DNA of 64,000 nucleotides from an uncultured Planctomycetia bacterium (GTDB lineage Bacteria; Omnitrophota; Gorgyraeia; 2-02-FULL-51-18): NCBI GenBank assembly GCA_964642015.1, contig CAZXLF010000003.1, positions 228,204 to 292,203 of the forward strand, read 5' to 3'. Shown piece by piece: positions 29,916 to 39,081 of this stretch (position 1 is its first letter; each line of letters starts with the position of its first letter). The notes under the pieces were generated by a model. It saw only the letters and a program-made list of their open reading frames with translations, ran no database searches and was not told where the DNA came from. The position numbers and the translations under genes were made by a program.

Positions 29916-31733
29916 TTAGTCTAACTCAAACTTTTTAGTCCACTCGATATCCTTCTTGAGTGGCTTTTGTTGTGTCTTGTCTAACAAGCAATTTCCCATC
30001 ACCAAATAATCCATTTCCGTACGCATAAAACAGGTATATGCCTCTTCAGGCGTGCAGACCAAAGGCTCTCCACGCACATTGAATGAAGTATTTATTATCA
30101 CGGGGCATCCGTACTTTTGATCAAGTTTCCGAATCATGTCGTAATACAAAGGGTTTGTCTCTTTATCGATCGTCTGGATACGCGCGGAATAATCCACGTG
30201 GGTCACTGCTGGTATCGTCGATCGCGCAACATTCAGTTTCTCTATGCCGAAAAGTTTTTCTTCCTTTTCTGACATAGCCTTGCGGATCGAACGTTTCACC
30301 GGAGCGACAAGCAGCATATAAGGACTATCCGATTCTATTTCGAAATAATCTGAGACTTTTTCCTTTAAGACCGTTGGCGCAAAGGGTCTAAAACTTTCTC
30401 GGTACTTGATCTTCAGATTCATGGTCTCCTGCATTTTTGGCGAACGGGCATCACCGATAATCGATCTTCCGCCAAGCGCACGAGGCCCAAACTCAAGCCG
30501 GCCTTGAAACCATCCGATAACTTTACCTCCGGCAATTAAATCCGCCACTTTCTCTGAAAGCTCATTTAATGACAAAACTTCATACGGGGAGCTTTGTTTT
30601 TTTAAAAAAGTTTCTATTTCGTCGTTCGTGAATTCGGGTCCAAGATAAGAGCCGCTCAATGCATCCTTTTTGCCGTCGACCTGCCTGGGTTTGTCCAAAT
30701 ACTGATACCATCCATACAAAGCCGCGCCAAGCGCTCCGCCGGCATCGCCTGCGGCCGGTTGTATCCAGATATTATCGAATATTTTCTCCGCCAATATTTT
30801 TCCATTACCGACACAATTAAGCGACACACCGCCGGCGAGGCACAAATTTTTCATGCCGGTCACTTTTCGTGCGTGCCGCGCCATACGTATCATGACTTCC
30901 TCAGTCACATCTTGTATGGAACGCGCCAGGTCCATCTCTCTTTGGGTCAATCGAGACTCAGGCCTTCTTGGAGGCCCGCCGAACAACCGGTGAAAATTCT
31001 GATTGGTCATCCGCAAGCCGGCGCCGTAACCGAAATATTTCATATCGAGCCGGAATGAGCCGTCCTCTTTAAGATCTATCAGATGCTTAAGAATTTTTTC
31101 TTTGTATCTTGGTTCTCCGTAAGGTGCAAGTCCCATCACTTTATATTCCCCAGAATTGACCTTGAACCCTGTGTAATAAGTGAATGCTGAGTAAAGCAAC
31201 CCTATCGAATGCGGGAACCGTATTTCCTTTAATATCTCTATCTTGTTCCCTTTGCCTACGGCTAGGCTCGAAGTGGCCCATTCGCCTACACCGTCCATTG
31301 TCAGAACAGCTGATTCAGTAAAAGGGGACGGAAAAAAAGCGGACGCGATGTGAGCCTCGTGGTGCTCGGGAAAAACGATGTTGCCATTGTAGTTTAATTC
31401 CGAAGAAATAATATCTTTGATCCACAATTTTTGTTTGATCCAAACTGGCACGGATTTAATAAAAGAACTTATTCCCATGGGAGCGTAGGCAAGATAAGTT
31501 TCTAGAATCCGTTCAAATTTTAAAAAAGGTTTTTCGTAAAAGACCACGAGATCAAGGTCTTTTTCGGCCAAATGAGCGTTTTGCAGACAATAGCGTATGG
31601 CTTTTGATGGAAATGCTTGGTCGTGTTTTTTTCTAGTAAAGCGTTCTTCCTGGGCCGCAGACACAATTTGACCGTCTCTCACCAAACAAGCGGCGCTATC
31701 ATGATAAAACGCGGATATGCCTAAAATATTCAT
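29916..31733 (-). CDS. Carbamoyltransferase (NodU/CmcH family)
   Basis: MNILGISAFYHDSAACLVRDGQIVSAAQEERFTRKKHD is the canonical N-terminus. Size is 605 aa. Confidence 0.88.
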   Translation of the reverse strand: MNILGISAFYHDSAACLVRDGQIVSAAQEERFTRKKHDQAFPSKAIRYCLQNAHLAEKDLDLVVFYEKPFLKFERILETYLAYAPMGISSFIKSVPVWIKQKLWIKDIISSELNYNGNIVFPEHHEAHIASAFFPSPFTESAVLTMDGVGEWATSSLAVGKGNKIEILKEIRFPHSIGLLYSAFTYYTGFKVNSGEYKVMGLAPYGEPRYKEKILKHLIDLKEDGSFRLDMKYFGYGAGLRMTNQNFHRLFGGPPRRPESRLTQREMDLARSIQDVTEEVMIRMARHARKVTGMKNLCLAGGVSLNCVGNGKILAEKIFDNIWIQPAAGDAGGALGAALYGWYQYLDKPRQVDGKKDALSGSYLGPEFTNDEIETFLKKQSSPYEVLSLNELSEKVADLIAGGKVIGWFQGRLEFGPRALGGRSIIGDARSPKMQETMNLKIKYRESFRPFAPTVLKEKVSDYFEIESDSPYMLLVAPVKRSIRKAMSEKEEKLFGIEKLNVARSTIPAVTHVDYSARIQTIDKETNPLYYDMIRKLDQKYGCPVIINTSFNVRGEPLVCTPEEAYTCFMRTEMDYLVMGNCLLDKTQQKPLKKDIEWTKKFELD

Positions 31734-32881
31734 AATCTACTTTCTAATGACTTTAGGACTTCTTGAGGCAAAATTCCCGCCATGCAAGGATGTCCTTGGA
31801 TAGGACAGGCATCGAGCTGGCAAGGCGAACAAGGTACCGGATGCCTCAACACGAGAGCGTTTTCATTCAGCGGTTTCCATCGTTCAAAATCATTCGTACC
31901 ACTATATAAAAAAATCGACGGAATTCCAAGCACAGCGGCTATGTGTGTGGGGCCTGAATCCGGGCCCACAAATAGCGAGGCCCTTCTAATCATAAGGCAA
32001 AGCTCTCGTAAAGAAGTTTCGCCAATAAGGTTCAAAAAACGCCGGTTATTCATGTTCCTAAGTTGTTCCGACAGCCTTAAACTGGCACCCACAATAAGCA
32101 CCTTGTACGCAGAGAATTTGTTCGCAAGTTCATCCAAGAAAAGATTGACATTCTCTATCGGCCATTCCTTGGCACGACTTCCGGCGCCAACGAGAAGACA
32201 TATGAATTTATCGTTTTTTTGGATGCCTAGGCGGTCCAATCTTTGATCTATTTTAAGGGTCTCTGTTTCAGAAAAATAAAGCTTTGACTCTAAAAACGCG
32301 TGGTGCATTCCCAAAGCGCTCAGCATATCCCCCTGATGAGCGCTTTCATGAACACCCTTTTGATAAGGCACTTCTTTGGTCAGTAAAAAGCCGCCTCCGG
32401 TGACCCCATACCCCACTCTATTCTTGATCCCGGATAGAAACATCAAGATATTTTCTCGCAGATCGCCTCGCAAAGCGATAGCCAGCTCTATCTCTTTGCC
32501 GCGAAGAACCCTGACAAGTCCAAAAAAACCATGTACATCGGCATTTTTTTTGTACCTCTTTTTCGCGAACCACGGAGCATCATATGTAATGATCTCATCG
32601 ATGAACGGGTTGTTCTCCAACAAAGGAGCTGACCAGCTTGAGACCAAGAATATCACGCGGCTATGCGAATAATTTTCTTTGATAGCTTTGGGTACAGCTG
32701 TCGACAAAAGAACATCGCCCACATGATCCAAGCGGATCACGAGTATCGTCCGAATATTCTCCGGAATGGCTCGAGGCTTACGTTTGAAAAAAAAGAAAAT
32801 ACCGTAGCCGATCGCATCCATTAAGAATACAAGTAATGTATTTATTTTTTTCTTGAATACATATTTCATATTAATCAACAA
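31730..32881 (-). CDS. Heptosyltransferase family protein (GT9) with N-terminal hydrophobic extension
   Basis: RTILVIRLDHVGDVLLSTAVPKAIKE and GPDSGPTHIAAVLGIPSIFLY. Confidence 0.7.
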   Translation of the reverse strand: MLINMKYVFKKKINTLLVFLMDAIGYGIFFFFKRKPRAIPENIRTILVIRLDHVGDVLLSTAVPKAIKENYSHSRVIFLVSSWSAPLLENNPFIDEIITYDAPWFAKKRYKKNADVHGFFGLVRVLRGKEIELAIALRGDLRENILMFLSGIKNRVGYGVTGGGFLLTKEVPYQKGVHESAHQGDMLSALGMHHAFLESKLYFSETETLKIDQRLDRLGIQKNDKFICLLVGAGSRAKEWPIENVNLFLDELANKFSAYKVLIVGASLRLSEQLRNMNNRRFLNLIGETSLRELCLMIRRASLFVGPDSGPTHIAAVLGIPSIFLYSGTNDFERWKPLNENALVLRHPVPCSPCQLDACPIQGHPCMAGILPQEVLKSLESRL

Positions 32882-33611
32882 ACCGGTACTTGATCAGCGT
32901 CCAGATCGCTTCCAAACCGTGTTTCCAAAAACTTAGCTTCTTTCCCTGCTGATGCGAACGCGGATGGTACGAGATCGGCACCTCCACGATCGTGTAGCCC
33001 GCCTTCTTCGCCTTTGCGGTCACCTCGGGACAAAATTCAAACCCTTTGCAATTCAGACGGATCCGATCAAGCGCTTCTTTCCTAAAAGCCTTATAACAAG
33101 TAGCCTCGTCCGTAATATGGGCCCCATAAAGGACATTTGCCAAAAAATTCAAGAACTGAATGCCCATAAAATGATGCAAATAACGGATCTCGTAATGAGA
33201 GCCTAGAAAACGATTCGAGAACCAATGCCAGACGAACAAAAATTTGTTAACATTCTTAAAGCGCGTTCCGTATACGATATGGACTTCGGGTTTCTCGAAT
33301 TCTCGCAAAATACGTATAAAATCTTGCGGATTGTATTCTAAATCGGCATCCTGGATAATAACAACGTCGCCGGATACCGATCGGATCGCGGTACGGATCG
33401 CACTTCCCTTACCCTGATTGCTGTCATGAAAAATAGTTTTGAATCCGCTTTGGCCCGCATAGTTCTTTTGAATGAATTCCCGAGTACCGTCGATTGAAAG
33501 ATCATCCACAATAATAATCTCTTTTTCAACAGGAACCGCACGCACCCGATCCACGATCTCCTGGATCGTATCCTTTTCATTATAAACTGGGATGATGACT
33601 GATAATTTCAA
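32871..33611 (-). CDS. GT2 polyprenyl-phosphate glycosyltransferase (DPM1/ArnC/GtrB-like)
   Basis: MKLSVIIPVYNEKDTIQEIVDRV...IIVDDLSIDGTREF...IQDADLEY. Size is 246 aa. Confidence 0.75.
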   Translation of the reverse strand: MKLSVIIPVYNEKDTIQEIVDRVRAVPVEKEIIIVDDLSIDGTREFIQKNYAGQSGFKTIFHDSNQGKGSAIRTAIRSVSGDVVIIQDADLEYNPQDFIRILREFEKPEVHIVYGTRFKNVNKFLFVWHWFSNRFLGSHYEIRYLHHFMGIQFLNFLANVLYGAHITDEATCYKAFRKEALDRIRLNCKGFEFCPEVTAKAKKAGYTIVEVPISYHPRSHQQGKKLSFWKHGLEAIWTLIKYRFVD

Positions 33612-34648
33612 TGAGCTAGCACTTCTTGGTAGAAACTAATGGCCGATTTGGCGATCTTATCCCACGTAAAATGGTCCAAAACATGGTTCTTTAAATTACT
33701 ATTTTGTTTTCCCATGCTCTTTAAGATCTTTTCTTTCATGTCATCGGGACTAGCGGGGTTAAGGTATTCCACATGATCTTTAAAATAATCTTTAGTACTT
33801 CCTCCGGATGTCGCGACTACATTGGCTCCTGCCAGCGCCGCTTCCAAGGCTACTAAGCCCGGTGTTTCAAACCATCCTTGAAGAACAAAGAGCTCGCAAG
33901 CAGCATAGGCAGACCTTAAAACAGGATCTTCATGCTTAATCGTAGACAAGAATGTCGTAAATCCCTCGCCCTCCTTCCGACAACTCTGGTAATATTCCTC
34001 GTAACCTGTCACGGGACTGCCTATCAATACCAATTTTTTGCCTTTTATCGCCTTTACGGCTTTAATTAAATTCCACTGATTCTTGCGCGGCTCGATCCTG
34101 CCAACGCCTAAGATGAACGGCTCATCGCCATATCTTTCGCGGAACGCATCTGGTCTTGCGGAAGCAAACTCAATATCCACTCCATTATAAAGGACTTTCA
34201 TTTTTTGCAAAGGGATCGCAAAAAATCTGGCAACATGCTCCTTTTCTATTTCCGAATTCGGAAAAATTAAATCCGAACGCATCAAAAGTTCCCTTCTGGC
34301 CGAGGGAAAAGCCGGATACAACGCTTTGACCAAATGTCTTATTAAAAGGTCTGCTTTCATGCTAAATGGGCCGTCGGTATAAATTGCGCGCCTCATATCC
34401 GACCATAAAAGTGGCGAGATTGCCACCTTGACTTTCCGCGCATTGGCCACACGCACCAGGCCTAAGCAATCTTTTACCGACCCAAAAACATGGATAAAGT
34501 TATATTCTTCGATTTTTGATCTCCAAGTATCAAACAGATCGGCTTGCACGCCTTCCTTTTCCAAATATTCTTTAAGTTTAAGCAGCGAAACTTCGCCTCC
34601 ACCGACGTTCTGAAATGCCGCCGGATAAGTAAAAAAAGCTATCTTCAT
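33608..34648 (-). CDS. GT4 glycosyltransferase
   Basis: GT-B fold and C-terminal VLQGWFETPGLVALEAALAGANVV. Start placed at the internal Met MKIAFF; the ORF track extends to 34687. Confidence 0.7.
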   Translation of the reverse strand: MKIAFFTYPAAFQNVGGGEVSLLKLKEYLEKEGVQADLFDTWRSKIEEYNFIHVFGSVKDCLGLVRVANARKVKVAISPLLWSDMRRAIYTDGPFSMKADLLIRHLVKALYPAFPSARRELLMRSDLIFPNSEIEKEHVARFFAIPLQKMKVLYNGVDIEFASARPDAFRERYGDEPFILGVGRIEPRKNQWNLIKAVKAIKGKKLVLIGSPVTGYEEYYQSCRKEGEGFTTFLSTIKHEDPVLRSAYAACELFVLQGWFETPGLVALEAALAGANVVATSGGSTKDYFKDHVEYLNPASPDDMKEKILKSMGKQNSNLKNHVLDHFTWDKIAKSAISFYQEVLAH

Positions 34649-35424
34649 GGGGTTTTGGGCATTTCCCGGTTGAATTTTAATTCCCATTGCTTGGCTAAAC
34701 TCACGAACTGATTATAAGCGCTCAAAATACAAAAGAAAATCCCTTCGGTCCCATCCATGAAACCCAATTTTAAAAAAGTAAGCCACAAAAACACCTTCAA
34801 AGGGCGTGATTCAAGCTTTTTTAATGACACTTCTCTTCCCTCCTGATCCCACAATTTACTTTCAAGGGTCGAATAAGGATTAAGCTTGTGCATGAATCTT
34901 GAGATAGTCGGCGTGGAAAAATGCAAGATGGGATTCGTTAATCGACCTGTTTTTTTCGTAGCGGGTATCCGCTCATGGACTTTACCGGAAAACTTTGCAT
35001 GCTCTTTTTTTGCAAGCCTCAGCTGATAATCCGATCTATTGGCCCCATATTTCATCCAACGACCGAATATCTGATTCTTACGGGGAAGAAAATAAGTGTC
35101 AGTTTTTGGCGCCGCCAAAACATTTTGGATCTCTGAAGCCAAAGCTTCCGGAACACGTTCATCAGCGTCTATCTGAAGTATCCAGTCGCCCAAGGCTTTC
35201 TCTACGCCAAAGTTTTTCTGGCTTGCAAAATCTTCTAACGGATGCTCGTAAACTCTCGCGCCGGTTTTTGACGCTATCTGACGCGTCTGATCAATGCTTC
35301 CCGAATCTACCACGATAACTTCATCACAAAATTCAAGTTGTTTAAGACAGCTCCCGATATTCGCTTCCTCATTAAGCGTAATAATAACGGCTGACAATTT
35401 AAAATTATGTGGTTTCGGCATCAT
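34645..35424 (-). CDS. GT2 glycosyltransferase, WaaE/KdtX-like (paralog 3 of 3)
   Basis: LSAVIITLNEEANIGSCLKQLEFCDEVIVVDSGSIDQTRQIA and QIDADE. Start placed at an internal Met; the ORF track extends to 35445. Confidence 0.7.
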   Translation of the reverse strand: MMPKPHNFKLSAVIITLNEEANIGSCLKQLEFCDEVIVVDSGSIDQTRQIASKTGARVYEHPLEDFASQKNFGVEKALGDWILQIDADERVPEALASEIQNVLAAPKTDTYFLPRKNQIFGRWMKYGANRSDYQLRLAKKEHAKFSGKVHERIPATKKTGRLTNPILHFSTPTISRFMHKLNPYSTLESKLWDQEGREVSLKKLESRPLKVFLWLTFLKLGFMDGTEGIFFCILSAYNQFVSLAKQWELKFNREMPKTP

Positions 35425-36373
35425 AATCTCTGATCGAAAGATCAAATATTCGACTATCCGTTAACTCATTATTTCCCGCCAGAGCGCGCTGTTGCCTCCG
35501 GCGCTCGAGCGCCTTGCCCAGCAGCGGAATGGCCTGAAAAAGGCCTATCAGAAATTCAAATTTGAAGGTTACCAGGCTGTAAACGATACGGGCCGGAAGC
35601 CATAATATAAATTTCAAGAGGGTCATTTTATCACTTAAATTTTTCGACATAAACAGAAATGTATTCCGCCAGTTGATCGCCAAAGTTTTTTTGACGCCGA
35701 ACTTTTTATGAAAACTTGTCCCGCCCTCATGATAGACGATGCTCTTAGGCTCATAGAGGCATTTCCAGCCCCGTTTGTAGGCCCTAAAACACAGGTCCGA
35801 ATCTTCTAACCGTCCCGGCATATATAGATCATCGTAACCGCCTAATTCCAAGAATTTTTTCCTGTCGAAAGCCCCGTACCCTCCTTGGAACGTGTACCCG
35901 GCGCGGTTAATATGCGCTTCGAAGCCGGGATATTTGGAACTGGACCAAAAAACGCCATATTTCAAAGAAGCCTTCGTCTTGCTCCCCTCATAAGCCTGAG
36001 TTTCCATGGATAGACACTTAGGCGTCACAAAAAATAGTTGGGGATCCGAAATAAACAGGTCGACCATAGGATCGACAAAGCCTTGTTCGACTCGCATATC
36101 ATTATTCATGAAAATAACGATGTCGTCGTCGATGTCTTTCGCGATATCGTTGTACGAACAAAGCACTCTATTGACTTTGCACGGATAGATCGCAACGGAG
36201 GGAAAATTTTTCTTAAGCCATTCTACGCTGTCGTCGACGCTACAATTATCGATCACACCAAGACGGCAATGATGATCAGAGGCTTTGGAGGCCGCCTCAA
36301 ACGAAGACAGGTATTTCTCCAAAAGCGGCCGGCCGTTGTAATTCAATATCAGAATGTTGACGCGAAGCGGCAT
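35405..36373 (-). CDS. GT2 glycosyltransferase (rhamnosyl/galactofuranosyl-transferase-like)
   Basis: VNILILNYNGRPLLEKYL...VIDNCSVDDSVEWL and FMNNDMRVE. Confidence 0.7.
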   Translation of the reverse strand: MPLRVNILILNYNGRPLLEKYLSSFEAASKASDHHCRLGVIDNCSVDDSVEWLKKNFPSVAIYPCKVNRVLCSYNDIAKDIDDDIVIFMNNDMRVEQGFVDPMVDLFISDPQLFFVTPKCLSMETQAYEGSKTKASLKYGVFWSSSKYPGFEAHINRAGYTFQGGYGAFDRKKFLELGGYDDLYMPGRLEDSDLCFRAYKRGWKCLYEPKSIVYHEGGTSFHKKFGVKKTLAINWRNTFLFMSKNLSDKMTLLKFILWLPARIVYSLVTFKFEFLIGLFQAIPLLGKALERRRQQRALAGNNELTDSRIFDLSIRDYDAETT

Positions 36374-36376
36374 AGT

Positions 36377-37168
36377 TTATTTTTTATAACAAATGTACGT
36401 CATTTGCGCCGCGGTAGACCAAGGCAGGTATTTTTCACACCAGCGGCCCAGACGCAACCCAAGTGCATTGGCCTCGTCATAACTATTTTTGTCCCTGAAA
36501 ATACTGCTGAACGAGACCAGCGAGTGTGAATGATCCATTGGATGGATCTCGCGCACTTCAAAGCCTTCATTTTCCAGGATCTTTTTAAGCGCTTCTTTAT
36601 TAAAATACTGCTCCCAATAATGATGGTCACTGGGTTTATTGAACAGTTTTCTTAAAAATTTACTGCTCTTAACAAAATGGATGGGCCAGAGGATCTTCAT
36701 AAATAAATGATGGCGCGGCACCGCCACGACAAACACACCGCCCTTCTTAAGCACCCTGCGGGCTTCCCGGATAGCTTGTTGAGGACCTTCGGTAAAATGC
36801 TCGATAACTCCCAGTGAGAGATACGCACCAAAATGCGCATCGGGATAACGAATATCCGTGACATCCCCGACGGAAACCGGAAGCGTCGGATCAAATTCGC
36901 GCAAACGCTGAATAGGCTCTTCGTTGTAATCAATACCCTCGACATCGTAACCCAATTCGCGGAGTTTGATCAGATAGGGCCCAAGACCGCATCCGCCCTC
37001 CAAAATTTTCTGCTGCTTTGGCAGGACCCGTAAATAAAGCTGCATCTGCTTTTTGACACGGTCATAATCAAAAATTCCCATGATCCTTTTAACAGAAGTG
37101 TCTTCCCAATTTTTTTCCCAAGCTTTTTTTGTCTGAATGTCTATCGCCTCTACTTTAGAATTTTTCAT
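36377..37168 (-). CDS. Class I SAM-dependent methyltransferase
   Basis: LEGGCGLGPYLIKLRELGYDVEGIDYNEEP (motif I) and VIEHF. Confidence 0.7.
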   Translation of the reverse strand: MKNSKVEAIDIQTKKAWEKNWEDTSVKRIMGIFDYDRVKKQMQLYLRVLPKQQKILEGGCGLGPYLIKLRELGYDVEGIDYNEEPIQRLREFDPTLPVSVGDVTDIRYPDAHFGAYLSLGVIEHFTEGPQQAIREARRVLKKGGVFVVAVPRHHLFMKILWPIHFVKSSKFLRKLFNKPSDHHYWEQYFNKEALKKILENEGFEVREIHPMDHSHSLVSFSSIFRDKNSYDEANALGLRLGRWCEKYLPWSTAAQMTYICYKK

Positions 37169-37180
37169 TGTTTCTCCGAT

Positions 37181-38197
37181 CTAAAGATCCTGCTTTTTTA
37201 AGATAAATTCGACCGTATCGCCTATCTTGAAAATATTCACAAAAAATGCGTAAGGAAAAAATATCAGCTTGAGCCACTCGCTGTCCCAAACATGTGAAAG
37301 TCTGGACATTAAATATTTTTTCCCGAACAAAGAATTAAAAATATAGATTATACTGCCTAAAACATCGTAAGAATTTTCCGGGGTGCGGTAATTCACAATT
37401 TCAAAACCATGTCGCTCGAAAAGGCGCTTCAGATTTGCGGTTGAAAATACATAGACATGCCGCGGAACATCAAGCGCAAGCCAAAAGCGGCCAAAAAGCG
37501 CATATGTCAACGACGTTGAGTTTGGCACCAAGATCCTCAGGCGCCCGCTTTTCTTTAGCAACCTTCTCGCTTCAATCAACAATTGATCCAGTTCATAAAC
37601 GTGTTCCATTACATTGCAGATATTGATCCCGTCAAAAAAATCATTCTGAAAACCTGCATCCCACAGATTTCCACAATGCGTGATTATCTGAGGTTCTTTT
37701 AGGCAGAGCTTCTGAAGCGCCTGCGAAGAAATATCTACGCCAAAACAACGACAACCAGACGCTTTTTTTTCCAATAAAAATCGTCCATCCCCGCAACCGA
37801 TATCTAAAATATTTTGACCCGCCGAACACGGTAAATTACGGTTATGCTTCAATATCTTAGAATAAAGGATACAATTGGCGGCCCTAATAGGGTGTTTCAA
37901 ATAAAAAATGAGCTTATTCCGTGTAACTGACGCTTCATCATTCAACTTTTCGGAATCGCTGTATGAATAATAATCCTCGGGGTAATACCGGGCGAGATCC
38001 TGCTGGTTCAGAAACGGATGAATAAAAATAAGTCCACAGTCTTCGCAGCGATAAAGGCGAAATTCACCTTCTAAGAAATGCAAGCGGTCCTTCCCCTCAT
38101 AAAGGAATCTGAACCGGCTTCCACCGCAGATCTTGCAGCCGGCGTTTAAGTTCGTTTGTGTTTTTTCAGCCAACGATAGGCTTCTGGCATCAGACAT
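37181..38197 (-). CDS. Class I SAM-dependent methyltransferase with N-terminal Zn ribbon
   Basis: CKICGG...CEDCGL and ILDIGCGDGRFLLEKKASGCRCFGVDIS. The start is uncertain because the ORF overlaps the upstream gene by 52 nt. Confidence 0.65.
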   Translation of the reverse strand: MSDARSLSLAEKTQTNLNAGCKICGGSRFRFLYEGKDRLHFLEGEFRLYRCEDCGLIFIHPFLNQQDLARYYPEDYYSYSDSEKLNDEASVTRNKLIFYLKHPIRAANCILYSKILKHNRNLPCSAGQNILDIGCGDGRFLLEKKASGCRCFGVDISSQALQKLCLKEPQIITHCGNLWDAGFQNDFFDGINICNVMEHVYELDQLLIEARRLLKKSGRLRILVPNSTSLTYALFGRFWLALDVPRHVYVFSTANLKRLFERHGFEIVNYRTPENSYDVLGSIIYIFNSLFGKKYLMSRLSHVWDSEWLKLIFFPYAFFVNIFKIGDTVEFILKKQDL

Positions 38198-39081
38198 TCG
38201 GTCGCTCCCAATAATTTGTCAGACCAGCGGTCATTCCTCAGAAACAAATAATAATCCATAAAAGTCGGTCGTGAACGTAAATTTTCATCATTCCTCCAAA
38301 AACCGCAAAATTCCTGAACCTTTTTGAATTTTAGATCTGTCGATCCATTAAAGATCTTTTGGACCGCGCCGATCTTTCTTTGGACATCCTGAATAAAAAA
38401 GTCTCTATTCACCCTCGAAGGATAAAACGCTCCGATATTGTTTTTGTCATGCTGTCGGTATTTGACCAGCCGCTCCTTCGTGTAAACAAGATTTCCTAAA
38501 GCCGCACTGATCACAAAAACCAGATGATCATGGTTAAAAGGCAGATCTTTCGGCGCCGCCTTGAGAATATCTCTCACTCTGCCACGAAACATCATCGAAC
38601 AGCCCGGCGCAAGATTCCGGAGCAGCGCTTTTTCTTTAAGACATCCTTTACGGGGCGCTATGCCGGCCGCCTTCCAGAAAGAGGCGTGCGTGCTTTGAAG
38701 CGCTTCGTCGCAGATCTCAAGATCCGAATAGGCCAGAATATTCTTTGGGTTTGCCCCCAATAATTCTTTCAGTATTCGGACCTTATCCGCGCGCCAAACA
38801 TCATCCTGATCACAAAAACAGACAAACTCGCCTTTCGTCATCAACATACCATTAAGAAAATTCTTCGCAAATCCTAAATTCGCTGGATTTTGGTGGACCT
38901 GTATTCGGGGATCCTTAGCGGCAAACGCATGAGAAATTTTTACGCTGCTGTCCTTCGAACAGTCATCCACAATGATAATTTCCAGATTTTTATAATCCTG
39001 ATTTCGAAGGCTCTCGATCTGCTCCTCAAGATACTTCTCGCCATTGTAAACCGCTACGACCATCGAAACTAACTCGCTCAT
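38146..39081 (-). CDS. GT2 glycosyltransferase
   Basis: VSMVVAVYNGEKYLEEQIESLRNQDYKNLEIIIVDDCSKDSS and CDQDD. Confidence 0.75.
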   Translation of the reverse strand: MSELVSMVVAVYNGEKYLEEQIESLRNQDYKNLEIIIVDDCSKDSSVKISHAFAAKDPRIQVHQNPANLGFAKNFLNGMLMTKGEFVCFCDQDDVWRADKVRILKELLGANPKNILAYSDLEICDEALQSTHASFWKAAGIAPRKGCLKEKALLRNLAPGCSMMFRGRVRDILKAAPKDLPFNHDHLVFVISAALGNLVYTKERLVKYRQHDKNNIGAFYPSRVNRDFFIQDVQRKIGAVQKIFNGSTDLKFKKVQEFCGFWRNDENLRSRPTFMDYYLFLRNDRWSDKLLGATECLMPEAYRWLKKHKRT

